Positions 13,730-26,996 of a stretch of 64,000 nt of DNA are shown piece after piece. The notes under the pieces are model-generated. The model was given only the letters and a program-made list of their open reading frames with translations. It was not told where the DNA came from and searched no databases. Every line of letters starts with the position of its first letter. Position 1 is the stretch's first letter. The DNA comes from Octopus sinensis. Its lineage: Eukaryota. The stretch covers positions 19,096,001 to 19,160,000 of the forward strand of contig NC_043013.1 in the NCBI RefSeq assembly GCF_006345805.1, given 5' to 3'. The position numbers were made by a program, and so were the translations under genes.

Positions 13730-13959
13730 AGTGCAAAACAAGGTGCAAAAGTGTACTCAAAAACCGTAGACGGAGTAATATGCGTTTTATTAAAACCGAA
13801 AAATCTTCACAAACTGTTACTCATAGTTTCGCATTACTGTTCGTCGGAGAGTTGTATGATCATACGTATGAACAGTTAAGTCCGTCGAACGGTAATGTGA
13901 AACTCCGAGTAACAGTCTGTGAAATTTTTTTCAGGTTTAATAAAAAGTATATACGTAAT

Positions 13960-14185
13960 GGTTAGGCACTTGCACTCACTACCCCTAGATTGTGGGTTCG
14001 ATTCGCTGACTGGGCAGCGTGTTGTACTCTTCAGCAAAACGCCTAATTTCACGTTGCTCCATGTTTCGCTCATCGGGGAATGTTGACTTGCTCGCCCAAC
14101 AAGCTGGGTGGTGTCATTTGTAGGATAAAACATTGAAAAATGCATTGTGACCAATGGTGAGTAACAACATTTGATAATCTGGTCG
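13960..14185 (-). mobile_element. SINE of the family C group, diverged
   Basis: Reverse complement tRNA-like head ...gtggttaggcac. Confidence 0.55.
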
Positions 14186-14199
14186 ATCATATATATATA

Positions 14200-14372
14200 A
14201 ATTCAAAATGTGACCGCGTGTGTACCGTTGGCCAATTTTTTCCTCCGTCTTCCCTTCCTTGGATCTTTCCTTTTCCTATGTTTCTGACGGAGAGCTCCGC
14301 TCGAAACGTTAAATCCTCTTTCTTTCCTTTCCTTTCCTGAGCGTACAATAACACTATACTTGTTCCACATAT
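14200..14372 (+). mobile_element. PLE-like terminus of the same family, hammerhead core with A9G
   Basis: caaaatgtgaccgcgtgtgtaccgttggc...ctgacggagagctccgctcgaaacgtt...cctgagcg. Confidence 0.6.
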
Positions 14373-14949
14373 AACATTTTCTTGTAACTTACATATGCAA
14401 AAAAAGAATGAAATAGGAATAAGCGGTCTTTGACAGCTATTTCTAAATTTTCGGTATGTGGCTAAGCAACTTGTTGCTTAACCCTATATATATATATATA
14501 TGAATCAAAGAATGAAAATGGTGAATTCTGATGCATTACTTACAAGTGATATTTTTGTAGTGAATTTGCGGTATACTGATCATTTTCCACACAATTCCTG
14601 TGAGAGATTCGTTGCGATAAGCTTGGAAAAGAACTTGACTTATCCTTCGTAAAGTGTCCTCATCAACGAAACGATCGAAGTTAACGCGGTGTATCACTGT
14701 TATATTGTTGCCATGTTTCCTGTAAAAAGAAAAATTAAAATTTATTATGCGCGCTTTGAGAGAGAGAGAACGTTTGTGTGTGTTTGTGTGTTTGTGTGTG
14801 TGTGTATGTGTATGTGTATGTAACAAGAAGGGTTTATTAGGTAATAATTGTTGTATGAATTATACTTTTTGGCTGTTTTCGTTTTTGTAGCTGTTATATA
14901 TGCAATGACGGTGTGTGGAAATTGAGGGAGATTCCGTTACTATGCTTAC

Positions 14950-14996
14950 CAGATCGAGCAGGACTAGTGATCGTGTGAAGACTTCCATATTTGTTT
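14950..14996 (-). CDS. Candidate host gene small exon (NKYGSLHTITSPARS)
   Basis: Acceptor gctctttcAG and donor CTG|GTAAGC. 47 nt, phase 2-1, leads in frame into the TM exon. Confidence 0.45.
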
Positions 14997-15389
14997 CTGA
15001 AAGAGCTGTTGTTCTTGTGTAGTCCCAGTGAAAACTGATCCAGAAAACTTACGATCAAAAGCATTCCAACAATATGAACATCCCGACTTTTTCGTAGATT
15101 GTAGAATTGCATTACCACATTATCTAATATATGGTGTCTTATGTAAGACTGTAGAGAAGGAGCTGATAGATATTAGGCTGTTATTTCTAGCCTCTCGATC
15201 GACTGTGTAGAGGTTTCTACCTGACAATTTTGAGCATTTACAGAAACCTGATCACAACAGTGAAAGCTGTGTACGGTAGCTTGACATACTAGAAATCGCT
15301 CTAAAAGTCCCTCTGAAACTAAACCGTACGATGCTAAAGAAAGAAGAACGTTCTTCATAAATTAATACAAAACGCATATAGACGCAGAT

Positions 15390-15570
15390 GCGCATGTATA
15401 GCAAGACGTTTATTTCCCAGTCACATGGTTCCGGGTTCAATCCCACAGCAACGTACCTTGAACAAGTGTCTTCTACTATAGCCACGGGCTGACAAAACTT
15501 TTGTGAGTAGATTTGGTAGACGGAAACTGAGAGAAAACCGTCGTATATATATGTGTGTGTGTGTGTGTGT

Positions 15571-15606
<36 letters not shown>

Positions 15607-15626
15607 CGTGCGTGTGTGTGTGTGTG

Positions 15627-15662
<36 letters not shown>

Positions 15663-16095
15663 GAATGATCACTAGCCACTACACATTCTTTATTTTCTGT
15701 GTTCCTTTCTTTGGAGGAGCGTAGGCTCGAAACGTTAAAGACTTTTTCACTTCCTGAGCGTTAAACTACTACATCTGTTTGTTGTCGACACCACCTGTCT
15801 TCGTCTTTTGTTTTTTTCTGTGTGAATTGTCCCTATATATGTATATATATATATGTGCATGTGTGTGTGTGCGTGTCTTTCTCTTTATGCTTGTCCCCCA
15901 TCACCGTTTGACAACCGGTGTTGGTGTATTTACATTCCCGTAGCTAAGGTGTTCGGCAAAAGAGGGCGGTAGAATAAGTACTGGACTGGAAAATAAGTTC
16001 TGGGTTAAATTTGTTCGACTAAATAAACCCTTCAAGGCCGTGCTCCAGCATGTACGCTGTCAAATGACTGAAACTTGTAAAGGATTAAAAGAATA
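15390..16095 (+). mobile_element. SINE family A, diverged and interrupted by (GT)n and a PLE-like piece
   Basis: Head at 15390-15545 and tail at 15870-16095. Confidence 0.65.
15665..15840 (+). mobile_element. PLE-like terminus, family 2, inserted in a SINE
   Basis: gagcgtaggctcgaaacgttaaagac. The core is degenerate. Confidence 0.5.
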
Positions 16096-16334
16096 AAAAA
16101 TCAAATCAAAATTAAGACTGATTCCAAGACAATAAAGTTTATCAAAACGCAGTAAAATGTATCAGCGAAAGAGCTTTACGCAGTTGGTCGACCGCACACA
16201 GAACAAGTAGTCATATGGCTATTGCAAAAAGAATGCATCTTTAAATATGCAATGTCCGAAAAAGAACGGTATGGTCATGGCTGGAACGACTTTGGTCGTT
16301 AGGCTACAGAAGAACAATAGCAGCAAGAACAAGT

Positions 16335-16640
16335 GGAGGCGCAATGGCCCAGTGGTTAGGGCAGCGGACTCGCGGTCGGAGGATCGCGGTTTCGATTCTC
16401 AGACCGGGCGTTGTGTGTGTTTATTGAGCGAAAACACCTAAAGCTCCACGAGGCTCCGGCAGGGTGTGGTGGCGGCCCCTGTTGTACTCTTTCGCGCAAA
16501 CTTTCTCTTACTCTTTCTTCCTGTCTCTTGTCTCCTACGCAACTGCTGAGCCTGGATGCGCATTTATCCATCCGTCGATGCTCTCGGTGTCGGGGGTTGA
16601 CCTGCCTTCTCTTCTGCGGGTCTTACGAATAGCAAAAGGA
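16335..16640 (+). mobile_element. SINE family C head with a different 3' region
   Basis: Head nearly identical to the reverse complement of 54020-54150. Confidence 0.8.
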
Positions 16641-17468
16641 TCACGTTTCGGACTACAGAGGCGCGATCTTTCGAGCTCTGGGACGAAGACCGCTACGCTC
16701 AACAGCAAGAGCAAATATCGAAACTATTAAATGATTAACGCTATTCCGTCAAAAAACTCTTACATGAAGAAGCTTACGAGCCGGGGCAACGAACTCTCGT
16801 ATATAACAAGAGTAACGACCTCAACAACAATAACAACATCATCCTCGTCATTATCATCAACTCCAACAATTAGAAACACAAGTGTAAAACGATTGAAATA
16901 TTTTTGAATGTATTTTGTAGGATCACATAAAGAATTACTGAGGCATAAAAATGAAGTCGTTGCGCTTGTATAATATGCAAAAATATGTTACCATGGATGT
17001 CAACTACCTCCACATGTAGAGATGTCAACTACCTCTGCCGCAAGAGTCTCTTAAAATTAATACAGAGGACAAGGGTAAACGAAGGGGGCAACTAGATTAG
17101 TTTCAGTTTTGATTGAGATCTCCTCCTGTAACTGGTCGGTGGTAATTAATTGCCCTTTCTACTACTACTATTACTACTACTACTGCTGCTGCTGCTGATG
17201 ATGATGATGATGATACTACTACTACTACTACTACTATACACACACACACACACACTCATGCATGCATTGCTTTTGAAACTTTTTCGAAAGACTGGTATAT
17301 GTTTTACAATAATAATGATATATTATTATCATAATATTACGAATTCGTTAATATTAATATACATTCCACGCACTTTGGGAACAAGCGTAACTAAAGGTTT
17401 AAATGAAATACCATAAATTTTAAACTTTCATCATAGTATCTGTGTGTGCGCACGCATCTATCTATCTG

Positions 17469-17548
<80 letters not shown>

Positions 17549-17567
17549 TATCTATCTATCTCTATCT

Positions 17568-17619
<52 letters not shown>

Positions 17620-17692
17620 CTATCTATCTATCTATCTATCTATCTATCGATCTATTTATCTGTCTCTGTCTGTCTGTCTGTCGGTCTCTCTG

Positions 17693-17740
<48 letters not shown>

Positions 17741-18772
17741 ATATGTATATGTAAATTAAATTAGAGATAAAAACCACTATTAGGCAAATCAAACAGTGAA
17801 AAACATAAACCAAAACATAAAAATACATATAATTAATATAATATACAAAAGATATAAAATTTAATCTAAATTTTCCTTGTAAGTTTGGATTTACTCCCTA
17901 GTTTTATTTTACACACACACACACATATATATATATATGTGTGTGTGTGTGCAATGCCATTTTAGAAAAATTTGTATACGATTAAGTTGAAGATACGCAG
18001 TGTTGGCTCATATCTACAGCCTTCTTTTGTGGGACATTAAAGACTTCACATGATGTCTCATTTATTGAAGCGCAGTGAAAAGGTTAACATATGCAGCACT
18101 CACACACTCGCACACACAACGCATGGTGAGTGACATTGCTCCAAAAGGCTACAGAAATTAGTCGGTTACGTTAGTATACTGGATGCATAAAGCCGGCTCT
18201 ATCTCACTAGTGTTGTAGTTGGTTGACCTAATTGGGTTATTTACCCCTGAGACTTATCGAAGTATCTCTGCCAATATTATGAAATATTTCTTTATTGTTT
18301 ATGTATGTCATGTGCTGCGAAGTGTGAATTATGATCTTTCGGTGGAGCGAATCATTGAAAAACATAAGCTCATTATTTTTAACAACAGTAAACCCTTCAT
18401 TAGAAAATGAAATTTTTGACATTCATGTCTTCTCCATGAGTAGCAGTGTCATCAGGGTTGAATATTAAACCAGAATATTTAATTGTTGCTTCTCCTAGAT
18501 TACACTTGATACACACACACGCACACACACGTACACACATGCATACTCGCACGGGCACGCATACACAGACACACGCACATATACACACATGAATATGTAT
18601 GTCAGTTATGCATTGAAGAGAATTTTACCTTTTAAATTGTAAAATATGAATGAAGGTGGGAACTGAAACGTGCGTAGGTAACATGAAATTGACTTGTATA
18701 AATAAATTGATTTCTGTGTTCATATGCTTCATTTTCTTTATGTTATATACAGATATGTATATATATATATAA

Positions 18773-18809
<37 letters not shown>

Positions 18810-18834
18810 TGCTTGTGCGCGTGTGTGTAGTTAT

Positions 18835-19045
18835 ATATTTCTTTACTGCCCACAGGGGGCTAAACACAGAGGGGACAAACAAGGACAGACAAACGGATTA
18901 AGTCGATTACATCGACCCCAGTGCGAAACTGGTACTTTATTTATCGACCCCGAAAGGATGAAAGGCAAAGTCGACCTCGGCGGAATTTGAACTCAGGACG
19001 TAATGGCAGACGAAATACGGCTACGCATTTCGCTCAGCGTGCTAA
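18835..19045 (-). mobile_element. SINE family B
   Basis: Reverse complement match to 36505-36735. Confidence 0.85.
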
Positions 19046-19346
19046 CATTAATAAAATGCCAGCATTAATAAAATACGGGAAACGGTATAAAACATATACG
19101 CATTTCAGCAGATTAACGGCTGCACGGATCACATAATTGCTCATTCAAACATTACATATAAACGCCTGGATTATAGATATGTTTGCTGGATGAGTGCTGG
19201 CATAGGGCGACGCCAAGAGAATTATTAAACAAAAATTAACTCACGATATATTTTCCACTTGTACATCAACAAAGCCTGGCAGATCCTGACTTTTGTAGAA
19301 TTGGTCAAGCTGTAAAAAATTATAAAAATTTCATTGAAATCAAAAA

Positions 19347-19420
<74 letters not shown>

Positions 19421-19424
19421 TAAA

Positions 19425-19631
19425 GTTAATCCAAACGAGAAAGCACAAAAAAACACAACAACGCGAGGACGAGGAACAAATATAGTATTATTGGACGCTC
19501 AGGAAAGAAGGAAAGAAGGAGGGATTAACGTTTCGAGCGGAGCTCTTCGTCGGAAACATAGAAGGAAAGATGCAGAGAAGGGAAGACAGAGGGAAAAAAA
19601 TCGCCAACGGTACACACGAGGTCACATTTTG

Positions 19632-19632
<1 letters not shown>
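19425..19632 (-). mobile_element. PLE-like terminus of the same family, hammerhead core with U4C
   Basis: Reverse complement reads ccgacgaagagctccgctcgaaacgtt. Confidence 0.6.
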
Positions 19633-19669
<37 letters not shown>

Positions 19670-20086
19670 CATATATATACATATATATATATCTATATAT
19701 ACATATATATATATATATATTAAAGGTTTTTGTTACATTAGGATATATATAAGTATTCCGCAGTTTACTTCTGACATAAGATTCAAGCAGGGACATTGTG
19801 ACACTGTGTGACACTGTTTGATACTGTGTGATATGTTGTGTGACACGGAATCCGAAATACTGCTGCACCCCAACCACCGAACTTCAGTGCAGTTTCCTTT
19901 CGGAATATTCACTTACAAGTTTTTATCATCCTCGTCAGTAGACAGCTGCTTGATATATATCAGAATCCATCCATCCATCCATCCATCCACGTGAATGTGT
20001 ATATGCAATGCATACATAAATGCATGCATATTTATATAGAAATATGTATATGTATATACATGTATGCATATATGTATATACATATT

Positions 20087-20156
<70 letters not shown>

Positions 20157-20178
20157 CATAGTATTTTTCCGATGCCCG

Positions 20179-20239
20179 GATAACTGAAGACATGGCGGCG
20201 TGGATTTCCTCCTCCGCATTCGAAACTCGGAGTTTTATC
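20179..20239 (+). ncRNA. Degenerate PLE-type hammerhead motif
   Basis: GAUAA CUGAAGA (irregular long helix II) C GAA ACUC-G-GAGU U UUAUC. Confidence 0.45.
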
Positions 20240-20297
20240 ATGGCTAACGAATAATTGTCACATATTACATTTACAGATATATATATATATGTGTGTA

Positions 20298-20398
<101 letters not shown>

Positions 20399-20399
20399 A

Positions 20400-20434
<35 letters not shown>

Positions 20435-20986
20435 GTGTATATGTATGTACATATATATATATTATATATATATATATATATGTATATATATGAGTGTATA
20501 TATACACATCTGCGCGCACGCACGCACACCGATCCCCCCCACACACCCACACACACACATACGAACTTGTTTACAAATCTTCCCTCAACAGAAGAGATTT
20601 GTGTCTGGTTTTGTTCGAGACAGTATTGAACTCTGAAAACAAAATAAATTTTATACACACACACACACACCAGCAGAAACACATACATGCACACACACAC
20701 GCTTACATACATACATGTATGCATACATACATACTTAAATACACACATGTACTCTGAAATAGAAACATATATATCTAGAGTAATAAGTATGCATACGTAT
20801 TCTGCCTGTTCTTCAGTTGCATAAATTTCTATATTTGGGATGTCTATCAAGAAAAAAAAAATTACTACACTTTTTTTCTTCTTGTCGGAAACACACAAGC
20901 TTAATCATGCGAAGCGTTCATTGACTTCTCTCAGACAGTAAATACCACGCTATTACTTGAAATAGGATGGTCTATATATGTATGTA

Positions 20987-21174
<188 letters not shown>

Positions 21175-21530
21175 TGTGTGTGTAAAGGCTTATGGCTTAT
21201 TTACAAGGTACTTTATACACATAAACATACAAATTGTATGTATGTGTGTATGTATGTATGCATGCATGTATATATGTATGTATGTATGTATGTGTGCATA
21301 TATGTAGCTATTGATGGATGGATAGATATGCATATGTATATAAGTATACACACACTCGCACACACGCATATAAATATGCATATAAATCTAATATCATCTA
21401 TGCGTGTGCGTGCGTATATATATAACGCATGTATAGATACATATGTTCATGTGTTTGTGCGTTTCATATACGATATATACGATATGATATCGTATATGTA
21501 TATATATATATAGTATATATTATAAGTATG

Positions 21531-21569
<39 letters not shown>

Positions 21570-21735
21570 GTGTGTGTGTGTGTGTGTCTGTGTGTGTAAA
21601 GGCTTATGGCTTATTTACAAGGTACTTTATACACATAAACATACAAATTGTATGTGTGTGTACACAAACAGGAACACAGACACACACATGCACACGCACA
21701 CGCATATACCCACCCACCCAACCACACACACACAC

Positions 21736-21786
<51 letters not shown>

Positions 21787-22999
21787 AACAAACACATTAT
21801 TAAAAGAACGCTTTATCATTATTATTTTTGTATACCAAGAAAAGAATTTAGTTTGGAAATGCAAGAACTTACTACTTTTTGAAGCAACTTCGGGATAATA
21901 TCTTGAAAGCTGATTGTCACCGAGATAGATTTATCTGATTGGATAGAAAATAAAACAGAAGACATATATTTTCATGAAAAGTTGATTATAAAACTTTATT
22001 GTAAATTTTAATGAAAGATAATGTTTTCACATTTTGGCATAAAGTTAGCAAAGGGAAGTCAACAGAAGCAGAGTGTATTTTACCACTGGACATAATGACT
22101 ACAAAATTTTTAATAATTTTTCCGCTAAGTTCCCGAATTGAGATTAGGTTCATTAGAAGAACCGATGATATAACGTTTAACTAGTCATTAGTTCTAACAT
22201 GTTATAAAGCATGAAGACTACCTAGAAATAAAATAAGGCTGAGTGATATTTTCTCTTCGATCGCTTAGAGATGTTTTAAATTTCTACAGGAAGTAAGTCT
22301 AATTATAGGCATCTTACATTTCTCAAAACATCCTAAATTGGGGGCGTCGAAATATCTGGTAAACACACCTTCGCTAAAACTTCCCGGCATTCAGCCATGC
22401 CGTGTTTCATACAAAGCACTTCACCTTAATTATCTAATTTCGTATCGCCTTAAATCCAAATCTACATGACACACATATCACTTCGGTTGTCGTCATCCCT
22501 TCCTAGCCACACCTTCGTGTACCTTCCTTAACAACTGTACGCAACTTCTTTTCACCAGAACGTCAACCCTATGGTATTCTCTAACTGCCCACGTATCTCA
22601 TGAGGAAATTAATTTATAGATGTTCAGATTAAGCATAAACCGCATCGATGTCATCAGTCTTATATACAGCCTCTTCCTTCAGGCAATTCTCTAAAACACA
22701 TTCCAAATGATAGTGATCACTCGCGCCTTTAGATCGGCGAACAATCTCTGGTAACTGACTCCCAGGACATCCATGAGAATACATAAATTTTGCTTGTCGC
22801 TGCCTTCCTTGAGGTGGATTTGTCAGTCACTAGTTTGTCAGTTAAACCCAGTGATTCAACTTACTACTCAACCGAGACCACCACGCCCTTTTCTACGCTA
22901 CTCTAAGCAACTTGATGTGCACTCTAAGACAAAGTTTTGATCTAACAAGTCTGCCAATTCGTTGCAGAAATACCAGCGCGTCGGACAAAATGCCCTCAC

Positions 23000-23027
23000 C
23001 TTGAATTTTTCTTCCTGAGTTCCAAAC
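23000..23027 (-). CDS. Candidate host gene micro-exon (GLELRKKNSR)
   Basis: Acceptor ctcgatAG is weak and donor AAG|GTGAGG is good. 28 nt, phase 1-2. Restores frame only together with exon 14950-14996. Confidence 0.35.
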
Positions 23028-23279
23028 CTATCGAGATTAACTTAATCTTTCATTGTCTCAGAAACGATAAAATAAAATACCAGTCAGCTACTCTCTGCTT
23101 CACAAATCCCCGACCGTGTGTCAATGCAACAAAAATATCATTAAGATATCTGATTCTCTTAATATTAATAAAGTGATATTCTCTATTGAACCATTTGATG
23201 AATGTGCGAAACACTTGTTACAAAAGTTATTATAGAAAATATTTTTTCTATAATTTATAAACATTGGAAGTGAAATTGC

Positions 23280-23695
23280 TTTAATTTATAAACTTCGAGA
23301 TTTATAAACATTTATATATATTCAAAATTTATAAACATTAAATATAATTGAAATTTAGAAATATTTAAATATTTTTAAATTTATAAACATTTAAATATTT
23401 TTGAAATTTATAAACATTTGAATATTTTTGAAATTTATAAACATTCAAATATTTTTGAAATTTAGAAATATTTAAATATTTTTGAAATTTATAAACATTT
23501 AAATATTTTTGAAATTTATAAACATTTAAATATTTTTGAAATTTATAAACATTTTAATATATTTGAAAATTATAAACATTTAAATATATTTAAAATTTAT
23601 AAACATTTGAATATTTTTGAAATTTATAAACATTTATATATTTGAAATTTATAAACATTTAAATATTTTTCAAATTTATAAACATTTAAATATAT
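23280..23695. repeat. 27-bp AT-rich minisatellite, about 15 copies
   Basis: Unit gaaatttataaacatttaaatattttt. Confidence 0.9.
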
Positions 23696-24212
23696 ATGAT
23701 TTACTTTTATTATTTCCGATCGGCAGAAAGCTACAAAAGTGACTCAAAGGCTGAGAGTTTCGGGTATAAACTTATCAAATCAAAGCACGAAACTTCCCGC
23801 ACTTGAGTGCCCTTTATAACTTTCTGCCAATTAAAAATAATATAATGTATATACCCTCCTGTATTGAGTCCCATTTCTCCTGTTCGTTCTATCAAACCTA
23901 TATATTTTAGATCTAGAAAATTGAATTGCTTAAATGTAGTTTTCTTAATCAGTACATTGTACTATATTTAGTTTATAAATAATCATAAACAAGGATCATT
24001 AAAATTCTTCAAAATAATTAATCGTATTTAATTTAGATATTAGATGACTTCTACATAATTATATTTAATTTTATTTCATTTATTCTTGAATAAGTAATTC
24101 GATTGTTTTTTTTGATACAATTTATGTAGCTTTATTTTTAGATATATACAATGACAGGAATATGATGGTTAAACTATTTTAAAAACATCAAAACCTAAAG
24201 TATTGTACATAC

Positions 24213-24267
24213 CCTCTAGACTTGATATGAGTGTTGCATCCGTTGTTGATGAGGAGGAAGACGATGT

Positions 24268-24315
<48 letters not shown>

Positions 24316-24631
24316 CGATGACGATGATGATGATGATGTTGATGATGATAAAGATGATGATGATGATGATAAAGATGATGATGATGATGATGATAACGAT
24401 GATGTTGGTCTTGGAATCTTTGTTGCTCTAGCGTCTGACGCTGTTGCTGTTGTTACTGTTGTTGGTGTTGTTGATGTTCTTACTGTTGTCATTGCTGGTT
24501 CAGCTGTTTTTGTTTTTAGGGAATTTCTGAAAGTCGATGTCCTGACAGTGGATGTAGTGTCCACGACATGGCTTGGATTTGGCACTGGACGCGTGCTACC
24601 AAATGTCTCACTTGTATTAGGTCCAATTGTT
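24213..24631 (-). CDS. Host gene exon: Ser/Thr/Pro-rich mucin-like stalk with poly-Ser
   Basis: Acceptor tactttcAG and donor G|GTATGT. 419 nt, phase 2-1, open frame TIGPNTSETFGSTRPVPNP...SSSS...TTDATLISSLE. Confidence 0.8.
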
Positions 24632-24898
24632 CTGAAAGTAAAAGGTTATTTTCATAATTGTTATTTTTTTGTATATTTTACATATTTTCTGTGTTACCAG
24701 TCATTGTGACATATTCTTGTTACATTGATTTGTTAGAAAATGTTTGTTACAAGGTACAGTTACAAGGTACAGTTACAAGACAATGTTACAATAATGATTC
24801 AGTACATCAACCTATAACGTTTCAGGACTGTGTAACACGATTAAGTTGCAAGACAGCGTCACAAGACCGCATTGTTACAAGTGATTGTGACAAGGTAC

Positions 24899-25302
24899 GC
24901 TTTTACTCTTTTTACTCTTTTACTTGTTTCAGTCATTTGACTGCGGCCATGCTGGAGCACCGCCTTTAGTCGAGCAAATCGACCCCAGAACTTATTCTTT
25001 GTAAGCCCAGTACTTATTCTATCGGTCTCTTTTGCCAAACCGCTAAATTAAGGGGACGTAAACACACCACATCAAGCGATGTTGGAGGGACAAACACAGA
25101 CACACAAACACATATATATATATACTTATACATATGTGCGAAGAGCTTCTTTCAGCTTCCGTCTACGAAATCCACGCACAAAGCTTTGGTCAGCCCCAGG
25201 CTATAGTAGAAGACACTTGCCTAAGGTGCCACGCAGCGGGACTGAACCCAGAACCATGTGGTTGGTAAGCAAGGTACTTACCACACAACCACTCCTGCGC
25301 CT
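24899..25302 (-). mobile_element. tRNA-derived SINE family A, full length
   Basis: A-box tggctgtgtgg, B-box ggttcagtccc, CORE-like accttgggcaagtgtctt, and (aaaagagt)n tail. Confidence 0.85.
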
Positions 25303-25356
25303 ATATATATATTATATATATACACATGCACACACACCCACATACACACACCCACG

Positions 25357-25388
<32 letters not shown>

Positions 25389-25571
25389 TACACACAAAGC
25401 ACATGTAATTGTACTGCATGAATTGAGAGACAAGAGTACTGTTAAAAGTTATTGTATGAAAGGTACTTTACAATATATTGGTAGATTGATTTTGCAAGAA
25501 ATGTGAGAATATTGGTTATAGCGGTGCGTTCCCATTAAAATGGATGTTCCAACATCAACAGAATATCAAAA

Positions 25572-25835
25572 GCAGCGGACTCGCGGTCGAAGGGTCGCGA
25601 TTTCGATTCCCAGATCGGGCGTTGTGTGTGTTTATTTAGCGAAAACACCTAAAAGATCCACGACGTTCCGGCGGGGTTGGGGGTGAACCCTGTTGTACTC
25701 TTTCACCACAACTTTCTCGCACTCTCTCTTCCTGTTTTTTGAGTAACGCTGTGATAGACTGGTGTCCCGTCCAGCTGGGGGGAACACATACGCCACAGAA
25801 ACCGGGCCCATGAGCCTGGCTAGGCTTGAAAAGGG
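25572..25835 (+). mobile_element. SINE family C, 5'-truncated
   Basis: gcagcggactcgcggtcg...gagcctggctaggctt tail. Confidence 0.75.
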
Positions 25836-26299
25836 CAACGAAAAAAAAAATCAAGGCTGTAAATTTTCATTTATTCCAGTTATTTTCGGAGCAAATAGGT
25901 TACGTAACAACATATCTACAGAGAAAATACATATACATATTTTTCAGAGCCATACGATTAGACGAATAATGAAAATTTAAACGAGGAATTTCAGAGATTT
26001 TCCATTTAATGTTCCAGGTATGGAATGCATATGCAAGCACAGGAACAGTAATAAACGTACGCACAAGCATACTCACAATACCAGCATATCCTAGCATATA
26101 TCAGCCAGCTCAAGTAGTCGCAATCACCAATAGCTGTCTTGACATGAAATAAAGACCCTTTCACTCACATACATATATACGACTGCGCACGCGCAGAGAC
26201 ATATACAGACACACACCACACACCACACATATATATATATATATATATACATACTGATATATATATATACATACTTATATATAATATACATATATATAG

Positions 26300-26358
<59 letters not shown>

Positions 26359-26363
26359 TATAT

Positions 26364-26698
26364 AAAATAATACTTATCGCCATACTAATATGGCATTCTT
26401 ATAAAAATAAGAAAAAAGCTGTCCGCTTATTAGCTCCATGAGGCCATCGCCTTAAGTTAGCTATTTGATACACAAACTGTATCCATATAACCTTCGAACA
26501 AGGGAGGTCAGTCGCTCCACACTACTTGACCGGCAGCTACAGACGCGTTTCGGGGCATTGCCCCTTTTCAATGCAGCGTAGCCAGCCAGTAGGTGTCGCT
26601 ACCGACAATCTCTGTTCGATGGTTTTATTTACCTAGTTTCGGTGGAATACATCCACTTGTATTCGATAATAGAAATATTAAAATAACTAAGTCTCTCT
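26364..26698 (-). repeat. Inverted single copy of the 362-bp hammerhead repeat, abutting the EFCAB14 exon end
   Basis: The reverse complement is nearly identical to the array unit. Confidence 0.9.
26528..26587 (-). ncRNA. Type I hammerhead ribozyme, U3-A8 variant, minus-strand copy
   Basis: Same fold as the array copy. Helix II is GGGGC-AAU-GCCCC and GAAACGCGUC is intact. Confidence 0.78.
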
Positions 26699-26996
26699 GA
26701 AAGTAGTCCAAATTTTTCCGTAGTGCAAAATGCATCCAAAGCAGAGTTCCACAGGCAACAAGACAAGCTACCAAGACTAAAAAACCGGAGACAGTCAAGC
26801 ATGTGGTACATACATTCGAACGACTCCGTTTTCTAATGATAGCCTTTTGCGTGGGAACAGTAAATTCGGTTTCAGAGGAGTCGGTGTCATCATCTCCACC
26901 AGAGTTTGGCCGTAGTAGTTCTTGGCCACTACCTCGACATTTTCGACGAAGTTTCCCGTTGCCGACCAAGGCGTCCAGTTCGCGGCGCTTCTTCAT
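26688..26996 (-). CDS. EFCAB14: First coding exon of an EFCAB14 (KIAA0494) homolog, apparently an orphan 5' fragment
   Basis: MKKRRELDALVG resembles the human N-terminus MKKRKELNALIG, and LVACLVACGTLLWMHFALRKNLD resembles LAACVVACVGLVWMQVALKEDLD (recalled sequence). No downstream coiled-coil or EF-hand exons found in the window. Confidence 0.8.

Noticed and set aside
16335-16410. tRNA-like sequences with A and B boxes (also at about 54080-54150, 46280 and 9545)
   Set aside because: They continue into SINE bodies and lack a complete cloverleaf, so they are SINE heads and not tRNA genes.
22630-22830. Short minus-strand frame ending EEAVYKTDDIDAVYA*
   Set aside because: No convincing acceptor, and it lies upstream of the TM exon so it cannot be the cytoplasmic tail.
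23280-23695. Regular repeat array considered as CRISPR-like
   Set aside because: No unique spacers, eukaryotic context and no cas genes.
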